Assembly: GCA_029261035.1 (NCBI GenBank)
Contig: JAJDCD010000004.1
Coordinates: forward strand, 132,765 to 196,764
DNA: 64,000 nucleotides
Source of the DNA: Candidatus Omnitrophota bacterium
GTDB lineage: Bacteria > Omnitrophota > Omnitrophia > Omnitrophales > JACROU01
Reading direction: 5' to 3'
Position 1 is the first letter of the stretch. Each line of letters begins with the position of its first letter. Under the pieces are notes generated by a model that saw only the letters and a list, made by a program, of their open reading frames with translations, searched no databases and was not told where the DNA came from. Below, in pieces: positions 1 to 10,295 of the stretch. A program made the position numbers and the translations under genes.

Positions 1-2
1 GC

Positions 3-638
3 TGCCAAAAGAGATGCTCCTAACGCTGTTTGTTTTGCTAAGAGTGTTGCTTGTTTAACCGTAAGACCTCTCTTCACACCTTCCTTAGTTGCCAATTCCA
101 TCAATAAAAAATAATAAGCAGGACCACTTCCACTTAACGCGGTAACAGCATGAAAATGTTTTTCATTCAAAACGATAACTTCTCCACAGCATTCAAAAAT
201 TTTTATAGCTGAAGAAAGTAATGGTTTGTGCCCAGCCAATGCTGTAATCGACTCGCCCACTGTCGCTGCTAAATTGGGCATACAGCGAACAACTTGTACT
301 TTTGAACCAAAGTTCTTTTTTAATACCTGAACTGAAACTCCTGCTAAAATAGATATAATCTTAAGATTCTTTGGCTTTAGCCCTCGAACTATTTCTGCAA
401 TTTCTTTTAAGTTTTGAGGCTTCACAGCAAGAACAATAACATCCGATTTTTCAACTAAAGACTTAATTTCTTTAATCCATTTAACTTTCAATTCTTTTTG
501 TAACGCTTTTGGATTTTTAGAAATTACGTCATATACATATACTTGCGAAGGCGAAATTAGTTTTTGAAATAAAACACCTCTAATAATAGCCTCTCCCATA
601 TTACCAACACCGATCACACCTAATGACTTAAGTTTCAT
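3..638 (-). CDS. proC: Pyrroline-5-carboxylate reductase (3' end runs off the window)
   Basis: Manual translation from ATG at 638: MKLKSLGVIGVGNMGEAII..., later VLAVKPQ, VRCMPN, TALSGSGPAY; adjacent to yggS as is common. Confidence 0.92.
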   Translation of the reverse strand, partial: MKLKSLGVIGVGNMGEAIIRGVLFQKLISPSQVYVYDVISKNPKALQKELKVKWIKEIKSLVEKSDVIVLAVKPQNLKEIAEIVRGLKPKNLKIISILAGVSVQVLKKNFGSKVQVVRCMPNLAATVGESITALAGHKPLLSSAIKIFECCGEVIVLNEKHFHAVTALSGSGPAYYFLLMELATKEGVKRGLTVKQATLLAKQTALGASLLA

Positions 639-658
639 TCTTTCTCCTCACTATAAAT

Positions 659-1333
659 TCAATAAACTCTTTCACCAAAAATAACGGTTCCTAAACGAAC
701 CATTGTCGCACCCTCTTCAACCGCTATGGAATAATCATGGCTCATCCCCATAGATAATTCTTTTAATTCTAACTTGTGATATTGAGCTTGCAACTCCTCA
801 CGCAAACAGCGTAATTCCTTAAAACAGTTTCTTATGATGCTTAGATCATCAGAGTGTGGCGCCATCGTCATAAGTCCTTTTACCCGAATCCGGTCCAATT
901 CTAGTATCCGCCCTAAATCAGACTCGACCTCAGAAGGCTTAAATCCATATTTCGTTTCCTCACCAGAAACATTAACTTGTAACAATACAGAAACTGTAAC
1001 ATCAACCTTCTCTGCTATTTTCTGAATTTCTTGTGCTAAACGAACACTATCGATGGAATGAATTAAAAACGTCTGTCCTACCAAATCCTTAACTTTATTC
1101 GTTTGAACATGCCCTATCATATGCCAACGGATATCTGACGGTAGTTCGGATTTCTTCCTCAAAAGCTCTTGGATCCGGCTCTCTCCAAAATCTCTAACCC
1201 CTAGATCATAAGCCTCTTTAATTTTATCTATATCCACTTTCTTACTTACTAGAACTAGTTGGCAAGCCTCTGTACTTGAATTATTTAACCCCATTAAAGC
1301 ATTCTGCACTTTAGTCAAATTATTCTGAATCAT
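659..1333 (-). CDS. yggS: PLP homeostasis protein YggS
   Basis: VLVSK, FGESRIQE, WHMIGHVQTNK, LSMGMSHD, GATMVRLGTVIFG motifs. Confidence 0.95.
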   Translation of the reverse strand: MIQNNLTKVQNALMGLNNSSTEACQLVLVSKKVDIDKIKEAYDLGVRDFGESRIQELLRKKSELPSDIRWHMIGHVQTNKVKDLVGQTFLIHSIDSVRLAQEIQKIAEKVDVTVSVLLQVNVSGEETKYGFKPSEVESDLGRILELDRIRVKGLMTMAPHSDDLSIIRNCFKELRCLREELQAQYHKLELKELSMGMSHDYSIAVEEGATMVRLGTVIFGERVY

Positions 1334-2699
1334 AACTCACTCCTAAATGAGAAATGATGTCTAATAGAATCAAAACGTCCTTTGGTGCCAATCGAAGTAT
1401 TTTAACATCATTTAAATCATCATGACTACCGCTTTTCACATATCCTTCAGATTTTTTTTCTTTTCCCGTAAGCTTAGCTTCAAAAACAAATGAGTCTTTT
1501 GTTTTCAATTTCAAAAAAATAGGGTCCATTTCATTCAAAACATCCCACTTCTCTTTTTTTTCTTGAGAAACATACTTTAATTCTTCAAAGGTATGCATCA
1601 AGTTCTGAAGCCAAGTTAGAGCCTCTGGATTTAAAGAATCTTCATTTTCCCACCATTGATTCTCAATTTTTTCAAAAGAATTGATTTGTTCATTGTGTTT
1701 AATATCTACCCTATTAATACCACCCAAGCTTTCCATCCATAAACGGCGATCGTAAAAATCTTCTGCTTTTCGGTTTAAATGCTTAGAAAAACGGGAATGG
1801 ATCATTGCCAAAGGAACTTTTTGGTCAATATGAATATAAAGCCCTGTTAACTCTCTAGAAGCATAGCCCAAATAAACTGTTTGGGGTTTCTGATTATAAA
1901 AAGAAAGCCTCACGTATTGCCTCTTATTTTTCAACCCCCACTTATCAGAAGTCCAGTCTTCCCCATCCACATATTGCGCAATAGACACCGAACGCAAGAA
2001 TTTAATATAGGCTTCAACTTCTTCCGAGTTTACTTTCTCATTTTTAAAGATCGAATTCGGATTAAAACCCCATCCGTTTTCAGAACGCACTAAATCAAAA
2101 TATCTCCCAGAATGCGCAATCCGAATACTTTTCACATCCCTTGGAACAAAACTAAACACTCCTCTTCGTCTTAAAGAATCCACAGATTTATCTAATGATT
2201 TTTTCAAATCTTCAGTAAGGTAAAATACCTGGGTGCTCCCATCCCACTTCGCATAATACAAATCTCTCAACTTCAACTTCTGTCCTACGATCAAAGTATG
2301 ATGAGCCCTAGACACAGTCGAGCCGACAACGAGTTTAAATAAAGGTTCATCAAATCCATAAGCTGCCCCTGTATCCTGAGAAAGAAACCCTTTTCCTTTT
2401 TTCCCATATCTCAACGACGTCAAGATACTCCCTACTGTTGCAGCATCACAAATTGTTTCTGTAGGCTCACTCATAAACCAATCTTCTTTAACTAATTGCA
2501 TTCTAATAGTTTTCTCGCCTAAACGTTCAAAACTTAAATAGTTGATTCGATCTTGAATGGGGAGAGGAAAAAGAACTTCTGCTTGAATAAATTCCTGAAA
2601 CAAATCCTTTTTATCTTCATTAATCACTTTAACTACTAAGTAGCCTACACCTAAAGCAACACATAAAATTAAAAGAATGGTTGTTCTGATTGTTTTCAT
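1320..2699 (-). CDS. DUF4340-like membrane-anchored protein of the Gld-type ABC operon
   Basis: N-terminal TM helix, repeated 'YGFDEP/WGLKNK' subdomains, overlapping gene downstream of the GldG-like gene. Confidence 0.7.
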   Translation of the reverse strand: MKTIRTTILLILCVALGVGYLVVKVINEDKKDLFQEFIQAEVLFPLPIQDRINYLSFERLGEKTIRMQLVKEDWFMSEPTETICDAATVGSILTSLRYGKKGKGFLSQDTGAAYGFDEPLFKLVVGSTVSRAHHTLIVGQKLKLRDLYYAKWDGSTQVFYLTEDLKKSLDKSVDSLRRRGVFSFVPRDVKSIRIAHSGRYFDLVRSENGWGFNPNSIFKNEKVNSEEVEAYIKFLRSVSIAQYVDGEDWTSDKWGLKNKRQYVRLSFYNQKPQTVYLGYASRELTGLYIHIDQKVPLAMIHSRFSKHLNRKAEDFYDRRLWMESLGGINRVDIKHNEQINSFEKIENQWWENEDSLNPEALTWLQNLMHTFEELKYVSQEKKEKWDVLNEMDPIFLKLKTKDSFVFEAKLTGKEKKSEGYVKSGSHDDLNDVKILRLAPKDVLILLDIISHLGVSYDSE

Positions 2700-4228
2700 T
2701 TTTTAATCGTTTTTTTATAGCGAATCCAACGAAAAATAGTTCCAAGTAAAAGAATGCTGCACGGAAGATACACTGTAGGGGTCCAAAAAAGAATTTGCTG
2801 ATCTCCTGACTTGAGGACAAGAGGCGTATTAGGTCTTTGTTTATCCTGTATCCGTACTAAAGATAATTCGTCCGTAAGCCAAGCAATACTATTTAATATG
2901 AGATCCCGATTACCTGAGACATTGATATTGTTATTAATCACAAAATCTGAATCGCCAAATACAATCAATTTGTATTTTGTTTTTTGATGCCTCTGCAACT
3001 TAAGGTCTAATTCTGGAAAAGCCGTAACATTATCATCCTCGTTAGATTTTTCTGAGGAGGTTAACAAATCAAGGTTGTTTAACATAACATCAATTTTTGG
3101 AGTCTCACCCCCCTTAGTTGTTACTTTATCCACGCCCCCCACTTGACCTTCAACAACACAAGCAATAGAAACAGGCCCTTTCAAATCTTCAGAAATATCT
3201 AAAAACGCTTCCCCCTTTTCTAACTCTAGAACGTTAGACTCGGCCCAACTTGTTCCACTTGTAAAAGCTAAAGGAATTACAGAAACTCCAGGCGGAATAG
3301 CTTTTGATGGAGTCACTGAACGTGTTACGGGTAGCAAAGAAGCCAAAGTAAAATCGCGCGTTACAGGATGATCAGCATATTGAGTAACGACGGGAACTAA
3401 CAGGTCTGCACCTAAAGCTTTCCCAAGTTTATCCACAATAATGTTTTCTCCTAAATCAACACCCTTACGTCTGACCCATGTCTCAAAGCGAATTAAACTA
3501 TCTGGATTTACAGGATCAATAAGTATCAGTAAGTTACCACCTTCCATTAAATAACGTTCCAAAGAGTCCATTTCCAATTCAGAAAAGTCTGCTTTTGGGC
3601 CAAGAACAAGAACTACATCAGCATCTTCAGGAACGCCTCTATCATCTAAAACTAAATCGTCAACCGCATAGTTTTCATCTTCCAACTTCTGAGCAAGAGC
3701 CAAAGCCCCTCTTTTTGTTTTGCTAGTCATCAAAGACTCTCCATGCCCTTTAACAAAATACACTTTCTTTTTTTCTCCTCGAATAACACGTAAAAATGCA
3801 TTCGTCATTCTTTCTTCGCTAACTCCTTTAAGCCGTTCCGTTCGATCCATCACCTCAATGAGAACAACGCCATATTCATCCACACGGTATTTCTGGGTCA
3901 TAGAAGGTGTTTGATCTGGGTCATAGATAATGACTTGTAGCTTTTTTAATTTAGACTCATAACTCTTCATTAATTCCCTAAAGACTTCCCTCTCTCTGGA
4001 ATTGGATCTAAAAAAGGCTATCACTCTAACAGGTTCGTTTTCGATTTCTTGTAACACTTTGCCTGTAACACTTCCTAAACTAAAAATACGATTAGAGGTA
4101 AGATCAAATCTTAAGTTAAATTGAGTAACAATCCCATAAGCAAAGCAAATTAATATTGTTAAAATTAAAAAGCTAATTCCAATATGAAATTTTCCCCAAA
4201 ATTTAAATCGGCTTAAAGGTTGCTTCAT
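2696..4228 (-). CDS. GldG-like ABC transporter auxiliary component
   Basis: RFDLTSNRIFSL, VYFVKGHGE, VFGDSDF, NRDLILNSIAWL; N- and C-terminal TM helices. Confidence 0.85.
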   Translation of the reverse strand: MKQPLSRFKFWGKFHIGISFLILTILICFAYGIVTQFNLRFDLTSNRIFSLGSVTGKVLQEIENEPVRVIAFFRSNSREREVFRELMKSYESKLKKLQVIIYDPDQTPSMTQKYRVDEYGVVLIEVMDRTERLKGVSEERMTNAFLRVIRGEKKKVYFVKGHGESLMTSKTKRGALALAQKLEDENYAVDDLVLDDRGVPEDADVVLVLGPKADFSELEMDSLERYLMEGGNLLILIDPVNPDSLIRFETWVRRKGVDLGENIIVDKLGKALGADLLVPVVTQYADHPVTRDFTLASLLPVTRSVTPSKAIPPGVSVIPLAFTSGTSWAESNVLELEKGEAFLDISEDLKGPVSIACVVEGQVGGVDKVTTKGGETPKIDVMLNNLDLLTSSEKSNEDDNVTAFPELDLKLQRHQKTKYKLIVFGDSDFVINNNINVSGNRDLILNSIAWLTDELSLVRIQDKQRPNTPLVLKSGDQQILFWTPTVYLPCSILLLGTIFRWIRYKKTIKK

Positions 4229-5001
4229 TTACTTAACACTCTCATTTCAAGTCTCATAATAGTAGCCATAAGAAAAAATAACGTTAACAAAGAATAATAA
4301 ATCACATCCTTCACCTCTAAAACTCCTTTAACCAGACTCCTATAATGATTCAAAGCTGAAAGGTGTCCTGTCCAACTAAGCCAAGAAGATTGATTCAAGC
4401 CTTCGATCCAACCAATAACCCACAAAAACATCATTATCGAAAAAGCAACAACAGCAGCTACAATTTGGTTCTCTGTTAAACTAGAACAAAAAATACCAAT
4501 TGCCATAAAAGAAGCTCCTAGCAACATCACTCCCAGAAAGCCTGTCAGCACCGTTCCCCATTCAAAATACCCTCCAACCATCTGAATTAATATTGGGTAT
4601 AAAAATAAAGGGAACGCCATAAAGAAAAACAATGTCATCATAGACAAGTATTTACCCACCACAACTTCCCAATCTCTCACTGGAAGAGTCAACAAAAGCT
4701 CTAAAGTCCCTTGTTTTTTTTCTTCAGAAAAACTTCTCATCGTTATTACCGGAACAAAAAAGATAACCAGTACAGCAACATTAGAATAGAGATGCGTTAG
4801 AACCATCTCCGTAAGATTGAAATTAAGGTTCTGGATCCCAGGGTTTTCATTCCACTGCTGAGACATAATAGAAAAAGAAGCCGTTAGAGAAAGAAAAAAA
4901 TAACTCGCAATAGATATAAATAGCGCCACCAATAAATAAGCTATAAACGAATGCAGCAGTTGAAACACTTCTCTTTTGTATATTGTAAAAACAGGTCCCA
5001 T
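4225..5001 (-). CDS. ABC-2 type permease (GldF-like)
   Basis: TMRSFSEEKKQGTLELLLTLP, GKYL, SSLTENQIVA; multi-TM. Confidence 0.9.
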   Translation of the reverse strand: MGPVFTIYKREVFQLLHSFIAYLLVALFISIASYFFLSLTASFSIMSQQWNENPGIQNLNFNLTEMVLTHLYSNVAVLVIFFVPVITMRSFSEEKKQGTLELLLTLPVRDWEVVVGKYLSMMTLFFFMAFPLFLYPILIQMVGGYFEWGTVLTGFLGVMLLGASFMAIGIFCSSLTENQIVAAVVAFSIMMFLWVIGWIEGLNQSSWLSWTGHLSALNHYRSLVKGVLEVKDVIYYSLLTLFFLMATIMRLEMRVLSK

Positions 5002-5016
5002 AACTTAATATCCTAT

Positions 5017-5997
5017 TTAAATGTGTGTTGACGCTTTTTCTTGATTTCGTACTAATGCTAAAAAAACGTCTTCTAATTTCGATTCCTCTTCGACCATCTC
5101 TCTAATTTCTATATGATCATGAACTAGCTTCTCAAGTACTTGAGAAAGAATCTCGGCCTTTGGATTTGAAACAATTCTATAAAAATTATATTCTTCCAAA
5201 CTCTTCAGTTTAAGAACGGATTCAACTCCTGTAATACTTTTCAACAAAACCATTACCTTTTCATCATTTCCTTTTACTCCCAAACGATAATAACGTTTTA
5301 CCTTTAAGCGATCTGTCAACTCACTGGGTTTTCCACTCGCCAGAATTGTTCCTTGATTCATAATAAGAACACGGTCAGCCACCTTTTCAACTTCCGACAA
5401 CAAATGGGTAGATAGAATAACAGAAGAGTCTTTATTTAATTTCTTGATCAATTGCCTCATTTCTACTGTTTGCTCTGGGTCCAACCCTGATGTCGGTTCA
5501 TCCAACAAAATAAGCTTAGGTTTACCCAAAATAGCCTGAGCTAACCCCACTCGTTGCTTAAACCCCTTAGATAACTTTCCTATCAAATGAGATTCGACAG
5601 ATTCCAAAGACAAGAAATTCAACACTCGATCTAACTCTTCTTTTCTTTTTTGTTTATGAAGACGTTTCATATTGGCTATAAAAATCAAAAATTCTTTCAC
5701 CGTCATATCTAGATATAGAGGAACATTTTCAGGAAGGTAACCAATCTGTTTTCTAGAAAGAATAGGGTGTCCAACTAAGGAAAACCCATTAACAAAAATC
5801 TCACCTTGTGTTGGGGGAAGAAAACCTGCCAACATTCTTAAAGTGGTTGTCTTACCGGCTCCATTAGGACCTAACAACCCTAATGTTTCTTGAGGATGCA
5901 GCTTAAAAGTTAAATCAGTAACAGCATCAAAAGTACCAAAGGTCTTTTTTATATGATTAACTTCTAGAATAGATAAAGGTTGGTTTATTTCTGACAT
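5017..5997 (-). CDS. ABC transporter ATP-binding protein (GldA-like)
   Basis: Walker A GPNGAGKT, signature LSKGFKQR, Walker B ILLDEP. Confidence 0.93.
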   Translation of the reverse strand: MSEINQPLSILEVNHIKKTFGTFDAVTDLTFKLHPQETLGLLGPNGAGKTTTLRMLAGFLPPTQGEIFVNGFSLVGHPILSRKQIGYLPENVPLYLDMTVKEFLIFIANMKRLHKQKRKEELDRVLNFLSLESVESHLIGKLSKGFKQRVGLAQAILGKPKLILLDEPTSGLDPEQTVEMRQLIKKLNKDSSVILSTHLLSEVEKVADRVLIMNQGTILASGKPSELTDRLKVKRYYRLGVKGNDEKVMVLLKSITGVESVLKLKSLEEYNFYRIVSNPKAEILSQVLEKLVHDHIEIREMVEEESKLEDVFLALVRNQEKASTHI

Positions 5998-6045
5998 TAA
6001 TATTCCCGAAACTAAGGTTTGATTTTTTAGAATTGATGATTTGGA

Positions 6046-7254
6046 CTAAGCTTTACAAACTCTTGCAAATTTTCTCTTCCCACACTGAATAATTACTTCT
6101 TGATCTAAATCAATTTCAAGCTTCGTATCCGTTATTTTTTCTTGATTAACTTTCACCCCACCCTGTTCTATTAGCCGGCGCGCTTCAGATTTACTACTAA
6201 CAAGCTTGATTTCAAACAACAAAGGGCCTATTTCCATCGAACTCTCTTTAAAAGTAAATAAGGGCATATCCTCAGGTAATTTTTTATTCTTAAAAATATG
6301 CTCAAATCCTTCATAAGCTTCTTCTGCTCGAGACTCATCATAATAAAGTGAAACGATTTGCTTTGCTAATTTAACTTTCATTTCTTTGGGGTGAATTTTT
6401 TCTTTATTCAAATCATTCTCTAAAGCATCACATGTAGCTCGATCCCAACCCGTAAAGTAGCGCATATATCGAAGCATTAAAGTATCTGAAACAGACATGA
6501 CTTTACCAAAAATTTCTGAAGGCTCCTCTTGAACTCCAATATAATTACCCAAAGATTTCGACATTTTTTGCACACCATCCGTTCCTTCAAGAATAGGTAA
6601 TGTTAAAACAGCTTGAGGAAACTTGCCATAATCCCTTTGTAATTCACGGCCCACTAATAAATTAAATTTCTGATCCGTACCACCTACTTCTACATCCGAA
6701 TCCACAACCACAGAATCATAACCCTGAAGCAGGGGATATAACAGTTCAATCACGGCTATGGGTAGATTCGATTTAAAGCGCTTATTAAAATCATCTCGCT
6801 CCAGGAGACGCGCCACAGTATATCGAGAAGTCAATGTAAGGAATTCCGTTGGAGACAATGCATCCAACCATTCGGAATTGTATCGAACCTCAGTTTGTTT
6901 TTTATTTAAAATTTTAAAAACTTGTTCTTGGTAAGTAATTGCATTTTGTTTAACCTCTTCTTCAGATAACGCTTTACGCGTTTCCGAAACACCTGAAGGG
7001 TCTCCAATACGCGCTGTAAAATCTCCAATAATAAATACAACAGTATGTCCAAGCTCTTGAATTTCACGAAGCTTTCTTAAAGGAACCGTATGCCCCAAAT
7101 GAATATCCGGAGCTGAAGGATCTGCGCCATACTTAACCCGCAAAGGCCTTTTCTCTTTCGCAGCGATTTCTAGCTTTTTAGAGAGTTCTTCTTCAGAAAT
7201 AAGCTCTTCCGCACCCTCTTTAAATACATCAATCTGATCTTTGACTGATTTCAT
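6046..7254 (-). CDS. tyrS: Tyrosine--tRNA ligase
   Basis: GADPSAPDIHLGH, LLQGYD, GGTDQKFN, KMSKS, C-terminal S4 domain. Confidence 0.97.
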   Translation of the reverse strand: MKSVKDQIDVFKEGAEELISEEELSKKLEIAAKEKRPLRVKYGADPSAPDIHLGHTVPLRKLREIQELGHTVVFIIGDFTARIGDPSGVSETRKALSEEEVKQNAITYQEQVFKILNKKQTEVRYNSEWLDALSPTEFLTLTSRYTVARLLERDDFNKRFKSNLPIAVIELLYPLLQGYDSVVVDSDVEVGGTDQKFNLLVGRELQRDYGKFPQAVLTLPILEGTDGVQKMSKSLGNYIGVQEEPSEIFGKVMSVSDTLMLRYMRYFTGWDRATCDALENDLNKEKIHPKEMKVKLAKQIVSLYYDESRAEEAYEGFEHIFKNKKLPEDMPLFTFKESSMEIGPLLFEIKLVSSKSEARRLIEQGGVKVNQEKITDTKLEIDLDQEVIIQCGKRKFARVCKA

Positions 7255-7291
7255 AACATCCTCATAAAAGACAATTGATTTTATCTAAAAC

Positions 7292-7326
7292 AAAAAAAGG
7301 TCGCTCTAAAAAATAGAGCGACCTTT
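7292..7326 (-). terminator. Intrinsic terminator after rpsA
   Basis: AAAGGTCGCTCTA-loop-TAGAGCGACCTTT hairpin followed by a T-run on the minus strand. Confidence 0.85.
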
Positions 7327-7360
7327 GTAAAACAGAACTACTCGATATAATTAACGACCA

Positions 7361-8986
7361 TTAAGATGCGCTAGAAACAGCTTCTTCAATAAGTCCTAAT
7401 GCAATCTTACGACCTTCCACATCGACCGTTAAAATATTTACCTCAATTTCTTGATCCACTTTAAAAGAATCTTCTAAGTTTTTAGATTGAGACTCAGGAA
7501 TCTTTGAAATATGAAGCAAGCCTTCAAAGCCGCCCACTAATTCAAGAAAAACACCAAAGTTTATTACTTTAGATACCTTTCCCTTAATAACAACCCCTTC
7601 TTTAATTTCTTCTGGTATAGAAGGCCATGGGTCTTCTTCTAACTGCTTAACTCCAAGAGATATTTTTCTTTCGCCAATATCCACAGAAAGGATTTTAGCT
7701 TTTACTTTATCTCCTTTATTCACAAATTCGCTAGGATGATTGATTTTTTTCACCCAAGACATATCAGAAATGTGAACGAGCCCACCAATTCCTGGTTCTA
7801 GCTCAACGAAAGCACCGTAATCGGTAAGATTACGAACTTCACCTTCAATAGTCTCACCCTCTTTATACTTGTCGTTAGCTTCACTCCATGGATTTTGTTC
7901 AATTTGCTTAATCCCAAGAGCAATTTTACGGCTTTCTTTATCGCAGCTCAAGATGATAGCTTCAACCTCATCACCAATCTTAAGAATCTCAGATGGATGC
8001 GTAATACGTTTCGTCCAAGAAAGCTCACTGATATGAACTAGTCCTTCAATTCCTTTTTCAATTTCAATAAAAGCACCATAAGGAAGAATGTTAACTACTT
8101 TCCCTTTGACTCTTTCATTAATTGGGAATTTATCACTCACACCATCCCAAGGAGATGCTTGGCATTGTTTTAGACCTAATGAAATTCTTTCTTTCACTTT
8201 GTCAAAACCAATAACCTTTAAATCCAACTCTTGGTTTAAAGAAACGATTTCACTTGGGTGAGAAATACGCCCCCAGCTAATATCCGTGATATGAAGCAGA
8301 CCATCAATACCGCCTAGGTCAATAAAAGCACCAAAGTCTGTAATGTTCTTAACACGACCTTTAACAATTTGGCCTTCTTCAATTTCACCCAACATTTTAC
8401 TGCGCGCTTCTTGCTTTTCACCTTCGAGAAAATCTTTTCTACTTAAAACAACATTCTTTCTCTTAGAGTTAATTTTTACGATTTTAAATTGACCACCTTG
8501 CCCTAAAAATTGGTCAAGATTTTTAGTTGGTTTCAAAGCAACTAAACTAGCAGGTAGGAAAGCTTCCATCCCAACATCAACCATAAAACCACCGCGAACT
8601 TTTCTGAAGATTCGGCCTTCTACAACATCCCCCTCTTCCATCTTAGAAAGGATGTCATTCCAACATTTGACCTTATCTGCTTTTCTTTTAGAAACAACAA
8701 CCATTCCTTCATCATCTTCTTGGTTCTCTAAAAGCACATCAATCTTCATTCCAATTTCCACTGTATGCGGATCTGTAAACTCATCTAACTTTAAAACACC
8801 TTCTGATTTATAGCCAATATCGACTAACACCTCTTTATTGCTTAAAGCAACTACCTCTCCCGAGATAATTTCACCTTCAGCAAAATTCTTAAAGGTGTCT
8901 TCGTATAGAGCTAACGTACTTTCAGAAGTTGTTCCTTCTTCGAGTTCGCTTTCAGTTTTGTTAAGTTCAAGTTCAGTTGATACCAT
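7361..8986 (-). CDS. rpsA: 30S ribosomal protein S1
   Basis: Repeated S1 domains (FGAFIDLGGIDGLLHITDISW, YGAFIEIEKGIEGLVHISE, etc.). Confidence 0.97.
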   Translation of the reverse strand: MVSTELELNKTESELEEGTTSESTLALYEDTFKNFAEGEIISGEVVALSNKEVLVDIGYKSEGVLKLDEFTDPHTVEIGMKIDVLLENQEDDEGMVVVSKRKADKVKCWNDILSKMEEGDVVEGRIFRKVRGGFMVDVGMEAFLPASLVALKPTKNLDQFLGQGGQFKIVKINSKRKNVVLSRKDFLEGEKQEARSKMLGEIEEGQIVKGRVKNITDFGAFIDLGGIDGLLHITDISWGRISHPSEIVSLNQELDLKVIGFDKVKERISLGLKQCQASPWDGVSDKFPINERVKGKVVNILPYGAFIEIEKGIEGLVHISELSWTKRITHPSEILKIGDEVEAIILSCDKESRKIALGIKQIEQNPWSEANDKYKEGETIEGEVRNLTDYGAFVELEPGIGGLVHISDMSWVKKINHPSEFVNKGDKVKAKILSVDIGERKISLGVKQLEEDPWPSIPEEIKEGVVIKGKVSKVINFGVFLELVGGFEGLLHISKIPESQSKNLEDSFKVDQEIEVNILTVDVEGRKIALGLIEEAVSSAS

Positions 8987-9098
8987 TAGGATTGTATCCT
9001 CCTCAGAATATAATAAATTTGGGTTGTGATTATATCATATGTCCTTTAAAAGGACAGAGAAAATAAATTAACACTATAACTATATACTATGAAACAAC

Positions 9099-10280
9099 TT
9101 AAAGATTTACCCGGCTCTCATCTAAAGCTTTATTTTCATCCCTCAACTTCAAAAGAGCTTCACGAATCCTCCCCTGTACTATATGAACCTTATCTTTAGA
9201 TACAGGCAAAGACATCAAATCATCTAAGAATACAGGGGGGCCAAAAACCAAACTCACAGGAGTTTTGTTAACCTTAGACCCACCTCTAGACAGAGCCTTC
9301 TCAGTCCCCTCCATCCACGCTGGAATAATAGGAGCCCCCGTTCTTAATGCCATAAGAGCAGCCCCAGGCTTAATAGATCCTAACTCAAGATCTTTACTTC
9401 TAGTTCCCTCAGGAAACACACACAACGCATGTCCACTTATAATTAAACGCACAGCGAGCCGAATAATCGAGGTAATATCTCCTTTTCCTCTTTTAATCGC
9501 AAACGCGTTCAAACTTTCAATAAACCATTTGAACATAGGTTTTTCAAACAAAGTATCTCTCGCCAAAAAACTCAACATCTGCTTAGCGCCAAAACCCAAA
9601 ATCACGGGGTCTAAATGACTCCTATGATTGCTAGCCAAAATATAACCTCTGTCCTTAGGAAGGTTTTCTTGCCCTGAACTCCTAAGATTAAACATAATCG
9701 GATCAATAACTCTAATTCCAAATTGATACAAAAACCAATACATAAATTTCCAACTTCTCGGCTTTTGATGAATCTCATTTAAAATATGAAGATGTATTTC
9801 ATTCTCCGTTTTTCCATCCACACATACAAATTTCTTTTTTTCAGTTTTATCAAAAGCTTTTTTCTTAGAAAACAAATAAATACAAGATGTTAAAGAACTA
9901 TAAAAAGGTTGAACAAAATCACCAGACACAACAGCATTCAAAGAACCTACTAAATTCTTGTGGACAGAATTTATTTTTTTCCCAACACCTCTATATTCTG
10001 TCAATAAGAGCATCACCTCTTTAAACTTAGACTCCTCTATTTGAAAGTTCACAGATTCCTTTGAGGAATGAAGGTTTTCTAATATTTCAAAAGGAAGAGA
10101 ATCTACAAATAGAACAACTTCTTCTTTGTCATGAGGATTAATTGATTTTTCTAAAATTTGGTTGGCTAAATACTGATAAGTCAGAGTCGTGTCTAAATAG
10201 AAAGCATCTAAACGCTTTGCTAATAACTCCGATTGTGTTTGAACATAAGAAAGAGAATCTCCTTCAACAACAATAATCAT
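9099..10280 (-). CDS. Degenerate cytidylate-kinase-like domain fused to 1-acyl-sn-glycerol-3-phosphate acyltransferase (PlsC)
   Basis: C-terminal NHRSHLD and FPEGTRS acyltransferase motifs; N-terminus resembles Cmk but lacks the P-loop; sits just upstream of rpsA, where cmk usually lies. Confidence 0.8.
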   Translation of the reverse strand: MIIVVEGDSLSYVQTQSELLAKRLDAFYLDTTLTYQYLANQILEKSINPHDKEEVVLFVDSLPFEILENLHSSKESVNFQIEESKFKEVMLLLTEYRGVGKKINSVHKNLVGSLNAVVSGDFVQPFYSSLTSCIYLFSKKKAFDKTEKKKFVCVDGKTENEIHLHILNEIHQKPRSWKFMYWFLYQFGIRVIDPIMFNLRSSGQENLPKDRGYILASNHRSHLDPVILGFGAKQMLSFLARDTLFEKPMFKWFIESLNAFAIKRGKGDITSIIRLAVRLIISGHALCVFPEGTRSKDLELGSIKPGAALMALRTGAPIIPAWMEGTEKALSRGGSKVNKTPVSLVFGPPVFLDDLMSLPVSKDKVHIVQGRIREALLKLRDENKALDESRVNL

Positions 10281-10295
10281 AATGTATACCTGGCA

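Noticed and set aside
1320-5997. Gld-like ABC operon as evidence of gliding motility
   Set aside because: This module is widespread in non-gliding bacteria, and no other gliding or T9SS genes are present.
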